A DNA stretch of 64,000 nucleotides from Acidobacteriota bacterium (lineage in GTDB: Bacteria > Acidobacteriota > UBA6911 > RPQK01 > JADFOI01): assembly GCA_963663035.1 (NCBI GenBank), contig OY760074.1:1888001-1952000 (forward strand), given 5' to 3'. A program made the translations under genes and the position numbers. Shown in pieces: positions 50,256 to 60,831 of this stretch. Every line of letters starts with the position of its first letter. Positions within the stretch are counted from its first letter, which is position 1. Under the pieces are notes generated by a model that worked only from the letters and a program-made list of their open reading frames with translations, made no database searches and was not told where the DNA came from.

Positions 50256-51197
50256 TTATCCCAGAGCCGACAGGAACTCGGCAAGCTCCTTGGGCAGGGG
50301 GACCTCAAATGAGACTCTCTTCTTGCTTTCAGGATGAAGAAAGGCCAGATAGGCGGCATGAAGAAAGTGCCTCCCCAATTGGCGTATGGCCTCGGCCTGG
50401 CCCGGATCTTTCAGACGTTGAACCGCCTTTTTGCCGTAGGTCTCATCTCCCACAACGGGATGTCCGAGATGCTGAAAATGGACTCGTATTTGATGGGTCC
50501 GCCCTGTGTGAGGAAACACTTGAACATAGCTAAAATCCGGGTATGTGCGGAGCACTGCATACTTGGTGAGGGCACTCCGGCTCCGCCGGCCGCGCGTGGA
50601 CATTTTGGTACGTGCTCGAGGATCACGTCCAAGAGAAACATCCACAGTCCCTTCCTTCTCTTTCAGCCGTCCATGAACCAGAGCCAGATAACGCTTCTCG
50701 ACCTGACGTGCCTTGAACTGGCTGGCCACAAATTCGTGGGCCTGATCATTCTTGGCCACCACGATCAAGCCAGAAGTCGCCTTGTCCAAACGATGAACGA
50801 TCCCGGGGCGAATGGTTCCGGAGTGGCTGATCTCCTGAAAATGATGCAGCAGTGCGTTAGCCAGAGTGCCTTGCCGATTCCCCGCTCCGGGATGAACCAC
50901 CATTCCTGAGGGTTTATCAACGACCACCAGCACATCGTCCTCGTAGACGATGTGCACGGGGATCGGTTCGGGAACGAGCTCCACAGGCGCCGGCGCAGGA
51001 GGCACAACCAGAATCTGCTCACCCTCTTTGACCTGATAATTCGCCTTACGCCTTTCCCCCTGCACTGTCACATGACCCAACTCGATCCACCGCTGCAGAG
51101 CGCTGCGACTGAATTGTGCAAGTTTGTGCGACAAGAAGAGATCGAGCCTCTGGGTGGCTTCCTCCACGCTGACTCGTAAGAGGATGCTCTCAAACAC
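50256..51197 (-). CDS. rluD: RluA/RluD-family pseudouridine synthase
   Basis: S4 domain RLDLFL, KPSGMVVHP, HRLDKATSG, TGRTHQIRVH; start uncertain. Confidence 0.88.
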   Translation of the reverse strand: MFESILLRVSVEEATQRLDLFLSHKLAQFSRSALQRWIELGHVTVQGERRKANYQVKEGEQILVVPPAPAPVELVPEPIPVHIVYEDDVLVVVDKPSGMVVHPGAGNRQGTLANALLHHFQEISHSGTIRPGIVHRLDKATSGLIVVAKNDQAHEFVASQFKARQVEKRYLALVHGRLKEKEGTVDVSLGRDPRARTKMSTRGRRSRSALTKYAVLRTYPDFSYVQVFPHTGRTHQIRVHFQHLGHPVVGDETYGKKAVQRLKDPGQAEAIRQLGRHFLHAAYLAFLHPESKKRVSFEVPLPKELAEFLSALG

Positions 51198-51993
51198 GGC
51201 GGGTGGTTGGAATGGATTGGCTGCGGAAAAAGAGATAAGTCCCAACTCCGGCAGGCACGATCAACAGGCTGATGAACTGGGATGTGGAAAGAGCACCACC
51301 GAACACGAATCCCCGGCCCATGTCTCCCCGGAAAAACTCCAGTAGAAAGCGAGCCACTCCGTAAAACACTAGATAGGAGGAAAACACCTGGCCAGTGAAG
51401 TGCCTCTTTTTGTAGATCCAAAGCAGGAGCCCAAAGATCAAGAGTGTCGTCCCAGCCTCGTACAGCTGGGTTGGATGCAGGGAAATGTTGATGGGCACTC
51501 CGATGTATTGGTGAGCGTACTCGCTGGTAAAGGTGACGGCCCACGGCAGCTCGACCGGTTTTCCGTAATCGCAGCCTGCTGCGAAACAACCCAGCCGTCC
51601 AATCGACTGTCCCAAGGCAATGGCTGGAGCAGCAGCGTCGGCGACGCGCCAAAAATTCAGCTGAGGCGTCCTCCAGATGAATATTGCGCAGCCTATGGTG
51701 GCCCCAATCAACCCGCCGTAAAAGACACCGCCCGCCTGCCAGAACTCCAGGGAAACCAGACGTGAAGGTCTATCAAGGTAGCCTCCAAGGTCTGTCAAGA
51801 CGAGAAGAACTTTGGCCCCGATCAAGGCAGAGAGAATGCTGACTAACCCCAGATCCCAGACCCGATGGACCGGGATACTATCCTTTTCAGCCAAACGTGC
51901 AGCTACCGTGATGGACACCAGGTAGGCCGTGGCCAGGAGCAAGCCATAGGTATGAAGCGTAACAGGCCCAATCTCAAAGAGTCGTGGAAACAT
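51190..51993 (-). CDS. lgt: prolipoprotein diacylglyceryl transferase
   Basis: YG, FYGG, GRLGCF, HPTQLYE, RFLLEFFR. Confidence 0.92.
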   Translation of the reverse strand: MFPRLFEIGPVTLHTYGLLLATAYLVSITVAARLAEKDSIPVHRVWDLGLVSILSALIGAKVLLVLTDLGGYLDRPSRLVSLEFWQAGGVFYGGLIGATIGCAIFIWRTPQLNFWRVADAAAPAIALGQSIGRLGCFAAGCDYGKPVELPWAVTFTSEYAHQYIGVPINISLHPTQLYEAGTTLLIFGLLLWIYKKRHFTGQVFSSYLVFYGVARFLLEFFRGDMGRGFVFGGALSTSQFISLLIVPAGVGTYLFFRSQSIPTTRRV

Positions 51994-52011
51994 GGGCTAG
52001 AAATATCTCCC

Positions 52012-52093
52012 GTGGGAGGCACCTCAGGTGCCGAACGGGCTCGCCCGAACGGGGTACATCCAAAGCGGATTCGGCACCTGAGGTGCCTCCCAC
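52012..52093. repeat. REPIN-like inverted pair of 24-bp REP units
   Basis: GTGGGAGGCACCTCAGGTGCCGAA and its exact reverse complement, 34-nt spacer. Confidence 0.82.
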
Positions 52094-52106
52094 AAGCTCA
52101 GGCGCC

Positions 52107-54191
52107 TTATTCCTCCTTTTCGCGCCGAGCGTCCTCAATAACGCGCTCAACCAGCTGAGCTGGAACAACGTCGTAGTGGGACTGTTCCATGTGGAAGCTT
52201 CCTCGTCCTCCAGTCAGAGAGGTGAGGGTCGGTGCATAGTGCAGCATCTCAGCCATGGGAACCTTGGCCCCAATCACCTGTGTGCGTCCCTTGACATCCA
52301 TTCCCAGGATACGGCCGCGCCGACTGTTGAGATCGCCCATGACATCGCCAGCAGATTCCTCCGGGGCATAGATCTCAACGTTCATGATTGGCTCCAACAG
52401 CACAGGCCTGGCCTGTTCCATGGCTTTCCTGAAGGCCAGCGAGCCGGCAATCTTGAAAGCCATGTCGGAGGAGTCGACAGCGTGGTAGCTGCCGTCATAA
52501 AGAGTCACCTTGAAATCGACCACCGGATAGCCAGCTAAAAAGCCCTTCTCAGCTGCTTCCACAATTCCCTTTTCAACTGCCGGTATGTAATTCCGAGGAA
52601 TGGCACCGCCAAAAATCTCGTTCGAAAACTCGAATCCCTCATCCCTCTTTTGAGGCTCCAGTCTGATTTTGCAGTCTCCGAACTGACCGTGGCCGCCCGT
52701 CTGTTTTTTGTGCTTTCCCTGCACGTCCGCTTTGCCGGTAACGGTTTCTCGATAGGGAACCTTTGGCGTTTTCAGCACCACCTCGACGCCGAATTTTTTC
52801 TTCAGCTTGCCTACCGCAACCTCTACATGGAGCGGCCCGCTCCCGGACAGCAAGAACTCCTTGGTCCCAGAAGCTCGCCCGAAGCGAAGGGAAGGATCCT
52901 CTTCAAGCATCCGCCCGATGGCATGACTCATTTTGTCCTCGTCGCCACGTGACTTCGGCTCGATAGCATAGCTGATGGCGGGCTCTGGAAACTCAACCTT
53001 CTTGAAAGAGCCTTGAAAAGAGGGGTCGGCCAGTGTATCCCCGGTGGTGGTGCCCTTGAGTTTTAACACAGCACAGATGTCTCCGGCATGGACAACCGGA
53101 ACCCCCTCGTGAGACTTTCCCTGCATCACCTGGAGAGTGCCGAGACGCTCTCCCGTTTCACTGGAAAGATTTTTCAAGGTTGATTCAGATTTCAGGCTTC
53201 CAGAGAGAACCTTGATCAAATTGATCCGACCGGTGAAAGGGTCGGCCAGCGTCTTTAAAACGAAGGCCGCTGCCAGCCCATCTTTTCCGATCTGAAATGG
53301 CGCTTCCTCTTTGCTCCCGGCATCGATGATCGGGAGGGATCCGCACTCCAGTGGATTGGGAAACAATTCCACGATCCAATCCAGCAGCTGCTTGACTCCG
53401 ACGTTATTCGTGGAGGAAACACAAAACAGGGGAAAGACACCCTGAGACTGGACCCCCTTTCGCAGTCCCGACAGCAGCTCCGCCTCCGACAACGTCCCAC
53501 TTTCAAAGAACTTCTCCATGAGCTCGTCATCCTGTTCTGCAATCATTTCGATGAGCTCTCCACGACGCTGCTCAGCCTCGGACTGTAACTCCTCTGGAAC
53601 CGCCTCCTCTTTGAACTTTCCGCTTGTGCCTGACTCATACAGGTACGCCCGGTTCCGAATCAGATCAACGATCCCTGTGAAGCTACTCTCTTCCCCTATC
53701 GGCAGCTGCACGGGGACCAGGGAGCGCCCGAAGGCAGCATGGAGGGCCTCCAGGCTTCGCTGAAAGCTGGCCCGATCTCGGTCCAACTTATTCAAGACAA
53801 TGGCCCGCGGCAGTTCGAATTCCTCGGCAAAGGACCAGACGAGCTCGGTTTGCACCTCTACCCCAGAGGCAGCATCCACCACCAACACCGCGGTTTCGGC
53901 GCCTACCATCGAAGCCTTGGTATCCAGAATAAAAGTCCGATAGCCAGGGGTATCCAGAATATTGACCTTGGACCCTTTCCATTCGAGGTGGGCCAAGGCG
54001 GTGCTGATGGTAATCTTTCGTTCAATCTCATCCTGGTCGCAGTCGGTAATGGTGTTTCCTTCCTCGACACGACCCAGACGACTGACCGCCCCGGCCGAAT
54101 ACAGAAGGGCACTGGCCAGCGAAGTCTTTCCTGAATCTCCATGACCGACAAGGACGATGTTGCGGATGTTTTCGCTGTCGAAGACCTTCAT
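52107..54191 (-). CDS. fusA: elongation factor G paralog (EF-G2)
   Basis: GHGDSGKT (non-canonical G1), DTPGY, NKLD, KQTGGHGQFG, GSYHAVDSS; start MKVFD; not in the str operon. Confidence 0.88.
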   Translation of the reverse strand: MKVFDSENIRNIVLVGHGDSGKTSLASALLYSAGAVSRLGRVEEGNTITDCDQDEIERKITISTALAHLEWKGSKVNILDTPGYRTFILDTKASMVGAETAVLVVDAASGVEVQTELVWSFAEEFELPRAIVLNKLDRDRASFQRSLEALHAAFGRSLVPVQLPIGEESSFTGIVDLIRNRAYLYESGTSGKFKEEAVPEELQSEAEQRRGELIEMIAEQDDELMEKFFESGTLSEAELLSGLRKGVQSQGVFPLFCVSSTNNVGVKQLLDWIVELFPNPLECGSLPIIDAGSKEEAPFQIGKDGLAAAFVLKTLADPFTGRINLIKVLSGSLKSESTLKNLSSETGERLGTLQVMQGKSHEGVPVVHAGDICAVLKLKGTTTGDTLADPSFQGSFKKVEFPEPAISYAIEPKSRGDEDKMSHAIGRMLEEDPSLRFGRASGTKEFLLSGSGPLHVEVAVGKLKKKFGVEVVLKTPKVPYRETVTGKADVQGKHKKQTGGHGQFGDCKIRLEPQKRDEGFEFSNEIFGGAIPRNYIPAVEKGIVEAAEKGFLAGYPVVDFKVTLYDGSYHAVDSSDMAFKIAGSLAFRKAMEQARPVLLEPIMNVEIYAPEESAGDVMGDLNSRRGRILGMDVKGRTQVIGAKVPMAEMLHYAPTLTSLTGGRGSFHMEQSHYDVVPAQLVERVIEDARREKEE

Positions 54192-54243
54192 AAAATCTCC
54201 TTCCTGGGATATAGTCTGAGTGGCAGAAATGTAGCACAGCGAT

Positions 54244-55167
54244 ATGGACTTTTCAATTCTTGAGAGAGTAGTACTGGTACTCTTCGCCGCGCTCCTGGTT
54301 CTCTTCTGCTTTTCCTGCCTGGGCACCTCTGCACAAGTCGGTCTTGTAGACCCCGACAGGGCGATGCGCCATGTTGAAAAAATGGTCAGCTTTGGACCCC
54401 ACCCTTCCGGTAGCGAAGCACAAAAACAAGTCGGCTTATACATCGTGGAGCAGCTCCAGTCCTATGGCCTGGAGGTCCACACCCAGACTTTTGAGCCAGT
54501 AACCCCTCTGGGACGACCTGAGATGACAAACATTTGGGGAGTCCTTCCAGGAAATCGGGAGTCAGTGATCATTCTGGCCAGCCACTACGACAGCAAATAC
54601 TTTGAGGACTTCTCCTTTGTTGGTGCTAATGACAGTGGATCCAGCAGCGCACTGCTGCTGGAGTTAGCCCGGACTCTGAAACAGGAGAATTCTACTGACT
54701 ACTCGCTCTGGTTCACCTTTTTCGATGGAGAAGAGGCCGTTGTCGACTGGACCAGCGCCGACAGCCTATACGGCAGCCGTGACTTCGTCCAGATGCTCAA
54801 GGGCCGTGGTCTCCTTCACAGGGTCTCCGCTCTGATCCTGCTCGATATGATCGGTGGAAAGGACCTGGTTCTTCGAAAGGAAATGAATTCAACCAATTGG
54901 TTAAACCAGATCATCTGGGACAAGGGAAACCAGCTGGGATTCGGAGACATTTTCCAGATGCGGGGGAGCACCGCTGCCTCAGATGACCATATTCCCTTTG
55001 CTGAAGAGGGGATACCGGTCGTCGATATTATCGACCTGAATTATGCCCACTGGCATCACAAAGAGGATACAACAGACAAGGTGTCGGCTGAAAATATGAG
55101 CATTGTGGGCGGTGTAGTGCTGGCCAGCCTGCCCGAAATCGCGCAGCGCTTAAACATCGAAGATTGA
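54244..55167 (+). CDS. M28-family peptidase / glutaminyl cyclase-like
   Basis: SHYDSK, GANDSGS, FDGEE, LDMIG, DDHIPF, WH. Confidence 0.85.
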   Translation: MDFSILERVVLVLFAALLVLFCFSCLGTSAQVGLVDPDRAMRHVEKMVSFGPHPSGSEAQKQVGLYIVEQLQSYGLEVHTQTFEPVTPLGRPEMTNIWGVLPGNRESVIILASHYDSKYFEDFSFVGANDSGSSSALLLELARTLKQENSTDYSLWFTFFDGEEAVVDWTSADSLYGSRDFVQMLKGRGLLHRVSALILLDMIGGKDLVLRKEMNSTNWLNQIIWDKGNQLGFGDIFQMRGSTAASDDHIPFAEEGIPVVDIIDLNYAHWHHKEDTTDKVSAENMSIVGGVVLASLPEIAQRLNIED

Positions 55168-56105
55168 GAAAAAGAGGGGCAGTACTACTCATTCTGGCGC
55201 TGGCGATTACCGTTCACGCTTCTGCCTTTCTTTTGATGCTTCAGGGTGTAGAACCCGTCTCGACCTACTTTTACACCTTCGCCTGGTGGACCTACATAGC
55301 GGCCTTGTCCTGCGTCAACCATCTCCGCGGGCAAAATTCTCTTCTTCTGGACACTCCAAAAGAGTTCTTGTGGGTATTCCTCTTTTCGATTCCGCTGTGG
55401 CTGTTTTTCGAGATCTCCAACTTTCGGCTCAACAACTGGCACTACATTGGTATTCCCATCGAAACCTATGTGCGCTGGCCGGGATATGCCCTGGCCTTTG
55501 GAACGGTTCTGCCTGGAATCTTTGAAACTGAGACCTGTTTGAAAAATTTTGGTGTCTTCACTCGGCTTCGAGGACGGCCTGTCCAGGTGACTCAAGCCTT
55601 GCTGGCTCGCTTTGTGATGATCGGCTCTCTGATGATGCTTCTGGTTCACTTCCAACCCAACCTGTTCTTTCCACTGGTATGGCTGGGATGGATTTTCCTG
55701 CTCGACCCTCTGATCTACCGGAGAGATCGGAAAAGAGCTTCCTTACTGGGCCAGGCTCAACAAGGAGATTATGCTCTGGTGGTCAGGTTTTTGATCACCG
55801 GAATGATCTGCGGGCTGTTGTGGGAGTTTTGGAACTACTGGGCCTCGGCAAAATGGGTCTATACCATTCCCTACTTTGGATCTCTCAAGATCTTCGAGAT
55901 GCCTACGCTCGGGTTTTTTGGTTTTCCTCCTTTTGCCCTGGAGTGCTATCTCTTGTACCGGGTATTTCTCATGTTCCGCCGGGTCCTCTACGGTCAGAGG
56001 CTGATCGGGGCAGCAACGGCGCTCCTGGTGCTTCTCTACTGCCTCCTGGCCTTCACGGGAATCGACCGCTGGACGGTCGAGGGCTATAAAGTGACGTTTT
56101 CCTGA
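55164..56105 (+). CDS. conserved hypothetical membrane protein
   Basis: Polytopic; WLFFE..N, LWEFWNYW, FEMP..GF.GFPPF motifs. Confidence 0.7.
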   Translation: MRKRGAVLLILALAITVHASAFLLMLQGVEPVSTYFYTFAWWTYIAALSCVNHLRGQNSLLLDTPKEFLWVFLFSIPLWLFFEISNFRLNNWHYIGIPIETYVRWPGYALAFGTVLPGIFETETCLKNFGVFTRLRGRPVQVTQALLARFVMIGSLMMLLVHFQPNLFFPLVWLGWIFLLDPLIYRRDRKRASLLGQAQQGDYALVVRFLITGMICGLLWEFWNYWASAKWVYTIPYFGSLKIFEMPTLGFFGFPPFALECYLLYRVFLMFRRVLYGQRLIGAATALLVLLYCLLAFTGIDRWTVEGYKVTFS

Positions 56106-56200
56106 CCATTCACAAGTGTCAGTAGTGCTTTGAATCCATTGATTACTGGGACGATAAGAGGTTATACTGTCGCGTTCCCAAGCACCGTGAGGTTTAACGT

Positions 56201-57066
56201 ATGGGCAACGATTTTCGCTTCCGCATGACGTTCTGGGGGGTGCGGGGCTCCACGCCCACACCCCCCAGATTGAGAACCTCAATTATGGGGGAAACACCTG
56301 CTGCATCGAGGTACGTCTTCCCAATGAGGAAGTTTTTATCTTCGATTCAGGCACCGGCGTTCGGAATCTCGGTGACTCCCTCTTAGAGGAGTTTCCCGAC
56401 CAGAAACTGACCCTGAAGGTGTTCTTGACCCATTTTCATTGGGACCATATCCAGGGCATTCCCTTTTTCCACCCGCTTTACCACGCTGAAAATAAGGTCA
56501 TTTTTCATTCTGTGGCCTTTCCCGACGGTCGATACCGTCGCTCTGGTTCAAACAACGGGTTGGAGGAAACACTGAAGACCCAGATGGCACACCCCTTTTT
56601 CCCAATCGCTTTTGATTCTCTGCCGGCCAAGAAGGAGTATATTGAGATCGACCCAGAACCGCTCAAATTCGGCAAGCTCACCATTACTCCCTTCCCCTTG
56701 AACCATCCCGGACAGACGTTCGGCTACCGTATCGAGTCGGAAGGCGCGGTGGTTGTTTATGCCACCGATCTAGAACATGGAGATGAGAAACTTGACAGGG
56801 TCTTGAGAGAGGTCTCAGAAAATGCTGACCTCCTGATCTACGACTCACAATACACGCCCGAAGACTACGTAAAGCACAGAAAATACGGGCACAGCACCTG
56901 GCTGGAAGCATGTCGCGCCGCCACTGACGCCAAGGTCAAACAGCTCGCCCTCTTCCACCACAACCCCTCCTATGACGACCGGATGTTTTACAAAATTATA
57001 CAGGAAGCCCGCGGCGAATTCGAAAACACCATCGGTAGTCAGGAAGGCTGGTCGCTCATCCTGTAG
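56201..57066 (+). pseudogene. MBL-fold hydrolase (RNase Z / cNMP phosphodiesterase-like), frameshifted at C6 run 56261-56266
   Basis: FWGVRGSTP in one frame continues as YGGNTCC...DSGTG...THFHWDH in another. Confidence 0.8.
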
Positions 57067-59464
57067 AAGCCTCAGCCACCTCCACAATTTCCTTAAAGTC
57101 GCATTCGGGCTGATTGCAGTTGTGGGTCAAACCCTCTTTCTTGGTGGTGCGCTCCAGAAGATAGGATGCACCACAGGAAGGACATTTGCGATCGACAGGT
57201 TTTTGCCAGAGGGCAAATTGGCACTCAGGAAAGGTGCTGCACCCATAGAAGACTTTCCCGCGACGCGTTTTGCGCCGTACCATCTTCCCTCCTCCGCACT
57301 CGGGACAAGTCACATCAGTCATTTCCTGCTTAATGTACTTGCACTCAGGATAGTTGCTGCAGGCCACAAATGCGCCAAACCGTCCATGCTTTTGTACCAG
57401 CTGTGAGCCGCACTGAGGGCATTCCTCTGGCTTTCCTTCTGGACTCTTCACTTCCCGGTTGGTTCCTCCGACCTGTTGGGTGTTCTTACAGTCAGGATAT
57501 CCGGAGCAAGCGAGAAACTCCCCAAAACGTCCTTTCTTGAGAACCATCGGCTGGCCGCATTTCTCGCACGATTTTTCTTCCTGCACGCTTTGCTCCTTCT
57601 CGTCCGAGGAGCCATCTTCCTTGGGGAGCTCTCTGGTGTTCTTACATTCCGGGTAACTGCTGCAAGCTATAAATCTGCCAAAGCGGCCCCAGCGGATCAC
57701 CATATCGGCCCCGCACTTCTCACACTGCACGCCTGCCGGAATCTCCTCTTTCTTCAGATTCTTCATTTCCTTTTGAGCTTGCTTCAGCTCTTTGGAAAAA
57801 CCCGCGTAGAATTCCTGCAGCTTCTGGACCCAATCCTCCTTGCCGTTTTCAATTTCATCCAGATCCTGCTCCAGCTTGGCCGTATAGTCGTAGGCGAAGA
57901 TCGCTCCGAAGTGAAGGACAAGCAGTTCGAGCACCACTTCCCCTATCTCGGTGGGCACAAAGCGACTCTCCTCCTTTTCAACGTAGTCACGAAGAATGAC
58001 CGAGAGAATCTGTGCATAGGTAGAGGGGCGACCAATGCTCTTTTCCTCGAGCGCCTTGATCAAGGTTGCCTCGCTATAGCGTGAAGGAGGTTGAGTAAAC
58101 TTCTGCTCAGGTGTGATCTCCTCCACCTGCAGTTTCTCCCCCTCACTCACCTCGGGTAGTGCCTTATCCTGCCCCTCGGGCTCTGCATCATCGCGCCCTT
58201 CCCGGTAAAGCCTCAAAAACCCGTCAAACTTCATCACCTTTCCAACAGCCTTGAATTGAGTTTTGCCCGCTTCAATCTCAATTTCCGTCTGGTCAAATAG
58301 TGCCGAAGTCATCTGCGAGGCCACAAAGCGCTTCCAGATCAGCTCATACAGTCGGTACTCGTCATGGCTCACGAAAGCCTTGACCTGTTCCGGTTCGCGA
58401 AGGACTGAGGTGGGCCGGATCGCCTCATGGGCATCTTGAGCCCCTTTTTTGCTCTTGTAGATTTTCGGTTTGGAAGGTAAGTAGTTCTCTCCGTAGGCTT
58501 TTTGCACATACTCCCGTAGTTCGGCCAAAGCAGAATCGGCCACACGTGTGGAATCAGTCCGCATATAAGTGATCAAGCCAGTGCTTTCCTCAGTCCCGAT
58601 TTCCATACCTTCGTACAGGCGCTGGGCGACCATCATGCATTTCTTCACTGAGAATCTCAGCTTTCGAGAGGCTTCCTGTTGAAGCTTACTGGTGATAAAC
58701 GGAGGAACCGGATTGCGTTTTGCTTTCTTTTTCTTGACCCCGGAAACCACGAAATCCACCGACCCCAGCTCCTTCATAAGCTGATCCGCTTCCTTCTGAT
58801 TGGAGATCTTGAACTTCTTGCCCTTGTGCTTGACCGCGCCAGCTTCAAAAGGAGGTGGATTCTGCCCCTTGAGAAGGGCGGTGAACTTCCAGTATTCCAC
58901 CGATACGAAGGCTCGAATTTCCTTTTCGCGCTCTACGATCATTCGCAGAGCCACTGTCTGGACCCGGCCTGCAGACAAACCTCGGCGCACCTTTTGCCAC
59001 AACAGGGGACTGACCTTGTACCCTACCAGCCGATCGAGAATCCGGCGAGCCTGCTGGGCATTCACCTTATTCCGATCAATTACAGAAGGGTTCTCGAAGG
59101 CCTTCAAGATTGCGCTTTTGGTGATTTCGTTGAAGAGGACGCGGTAGATCTTGCGGTCCTTTTTGCCGTTTAATTCCTCAGCCAGGTGCTGGCAAATAGC
59201 TTCTCCCTCACGATCGGGATCAGTGGCCAGGTAAATTTCCGTTACCTTTTCGGCTGCCTTTTTCAGGTTTTGAACGGTCTTCGATTTTCCGGAAATAACC
59301 TGGTAGGTGGGACGAAAATCGTCCTTGATGTCCACACCCAGGGTCTTTTTCGGGAGATCCTTGATGTGGCCCAACGAGGCCAGCACCGAATAGCCCTTTC
59401 CCAGGTAACGCTCAATCGTTTTCGCTTTGGCTGGCGATTCTACGATCACCATCGCTTTGGGCAT
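57056..59464 (-). CDS. topA: DNA topoisomerase I with C-terminal zinc ribbons
   Basis: IVESPAKA, DPDREGE, SAGRVQ, ITYMRTDS, repeated CxxC ribbons. Confidence 0.97.
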   Translation of the reverse strand: MPKAMVIVESPAKAKTIERYLGKGYSVLASLGHIKDLPKKTLGVDIKDDFRPTYQVISGKSKTVQNLKKAAEKVTEIYLATDPDREGEAICQHLAEELNGKKDRKIYRVLFNEITKSAILKAFENPSVIDRNKVNAQQARRILDRLVGYKVSPLLWQKVRRGLSAGRVQTVALRMIVEREKEIRAFVSVEYWKFTALLKGQNPPPFEAGAVKHKGKKFKISNQKEADQLMKELGSVDFVVSGVKKKKAKRNPVPPFITSKLQQEASRKLRFSVKKCMMVAQRLYEGMEIGTEESTGLITYMRTDSTRVADSALAELREYVQKAYGENYLPSKPKIYKSKKGAQDAHEAIRPTSVLREPEQVKAFVSHDEYRLYELIWKRFVASQMTSALFDQTEIEIEAGKTQFKAVGKVMKFDGFLRLYREGRDDAEPEGQDKALPEVSEGEKLQVEEITPEQKFTQPPSRYSEATLIKALEEKSIGRPSTYAQILSVILRDYVEKEESRFVPTEIGEVVLELLVLHFGAIFAYDYTAKLEQDLDEIENGKEDWVQKLQEFYAGFSKELKQAQKEMKNLKKEEIPAGVQCEKCGADMVIRWGRFGRFIACSSYPECKNTRELPKEDGSSDEKEQSVQEEKSCEKCGQPMVLKKGRFGEFLACSGYPDCKNTQQVGGTNREVKSPEGKPEECPQCGSQLVQKHGRFGAFVACSNYPECKYIKQEMTDVTCPECGGGKMVRRKTRRGKVFYGCSTFPECQFALWQKPVDRKCPSCGASYLLERTTKKEGLTHNCNQPECDFKEIVEVAEASTG

Positions 59465-59607
59465 TGTTCTTTTCTCTCACCTCACCTTTCCGTCACTCGA
59501 TCTAAATAATATACCCTATTGTTCAGGGCGGCTGAGGGAAACCGCTGATCGCTGACTGCTGACAATAGAGCACCTAACTTCACCATTCACAAGTCGCAAA
59601 TAACAAT

Positions 59608-60679
59608 CTAGCAGATTTTCCTGCTGAACTGGCGTCCCGGCAATTGACGGATGAGTCCTTTTATCTCCAGTTGCAACAACACCTCGTTCAACTGAGAGAG
59701 CCTGAGCGTGGAGGTCTTCAGAAGCTGATCAAAGTGCATGGATGTATCCGGCGCTAAGAGCTTCACAATTTTCTCTTCAGCTCGGGTCAGCGACTCCACC
59801 CGAGGTGGGAGCGACGGAGTTGGCTGCTGAGTCAGTAGATCTAAAACATAGGGCGGCAATTCCTCCAGGACATCCTGGATGTCCAGAACGATCTTGGCAC
59901 CCTGTTTGATCAGATAGTTGGGCCCATAGCTCACGATTCTGTTCCAACGCCAGCCGGGCCGTGATCAATGAACCAGAAAACTCCGATGCCTCAGTAATCA
60001 GCGTACCGTAGCATAACCCACTGATAACTCGGTTGCGAATGGGAAAGTTTTGAGGTGCCGGAAAAGTGCCGCAGAGAAACTCGCTGATAACGCATCCTCC
60101 CTCGCAGAGCCGTCGGTACAAACGGCGGTTCTCTCGAGGATAGATGACGTCTACTCCATTTCCCAGGACAGCTACGGTTGGTCCACCACTCTCGAGGGCT
60201 CCTATGTGGGCTTGTGAATCAATTCCCCGGGCCAGACCACTGACAATGCAAAGTCCCACTGATGAAAGCTCTCGGCTAATCTTTTCAGTCATTTCTTTGC
60301 CATAAAGTGAGCAGCGACGTGAGCCCACCACGGCAATGGAGGGACGGCAAAGAAGCGTAAGATTCCCAAGACAGTAGAGAACCAGAGGCGGATCGAAAAT
60401 TTGCTTCAGTCGGTGCGGGTATCGGTCATCGAAAATCGACAAAATACTGATTCCCTTCTCCCGAGCCTGCCGAAGAGCCTTTTCCGCAGCTCGAAGGGCA
60501 CAACCGCTGGAGATAAAGGCCTTGGTTTCCTCAGCGAGTTGGAAGCGAGCCAGTTGGGCAGGCGAGAGCCTGAGCAATTCTGACGGTGATCCGCATGCCT
60601 GGATGAGCGAGTTGAGCCGCCTGCTACCCAAACCTGGGATCAGGCTCAGCGCAAGACAGTGATACGTTTCCTCTTTCAT
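59608..60679 (-). pseudogene. dprA: DNA processing protein DprA, frameshifted by a short deletion near 59922-59932
   Basis: VVGSR, VSGLARGID, FPIRNRVISG, SGSLITA; C-terminal winged-helix part in another frame. Confidence 0.85.
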
Positions 60680-60758
60680 GTCATTATCTAATACGTTTCA
60701 GCTAGAAAATCTGCGAAACTTTTCGCAGATCACAGGACTGAGAACTGATTCCTTTCTA

Positions 60759-60796
60759 CTGTCAGCTGTCAGTTGTCAGCCGTCAGTTGTCAGTTG
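60759..60796. repeat. heptamer tandem repeat (C/T)(T/C)GTCAG x5
   Basis: ctgtcag ctgtcag ttgtcag ccgtcag ttgtcag; related arrays at 59545-59565 and 62835-62865. Confidence 0.75.
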
Positions 60797-60831
60797 TTTG
60801 TTATCTGATATCATCCCACTGCTATTTCCAC

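Noticed and set aside
52107-54443. 778-aa extended EF-G ORF
   Set aside because: The extension overlaps the divergent M28 gene; RBS and homology support the start at 54191
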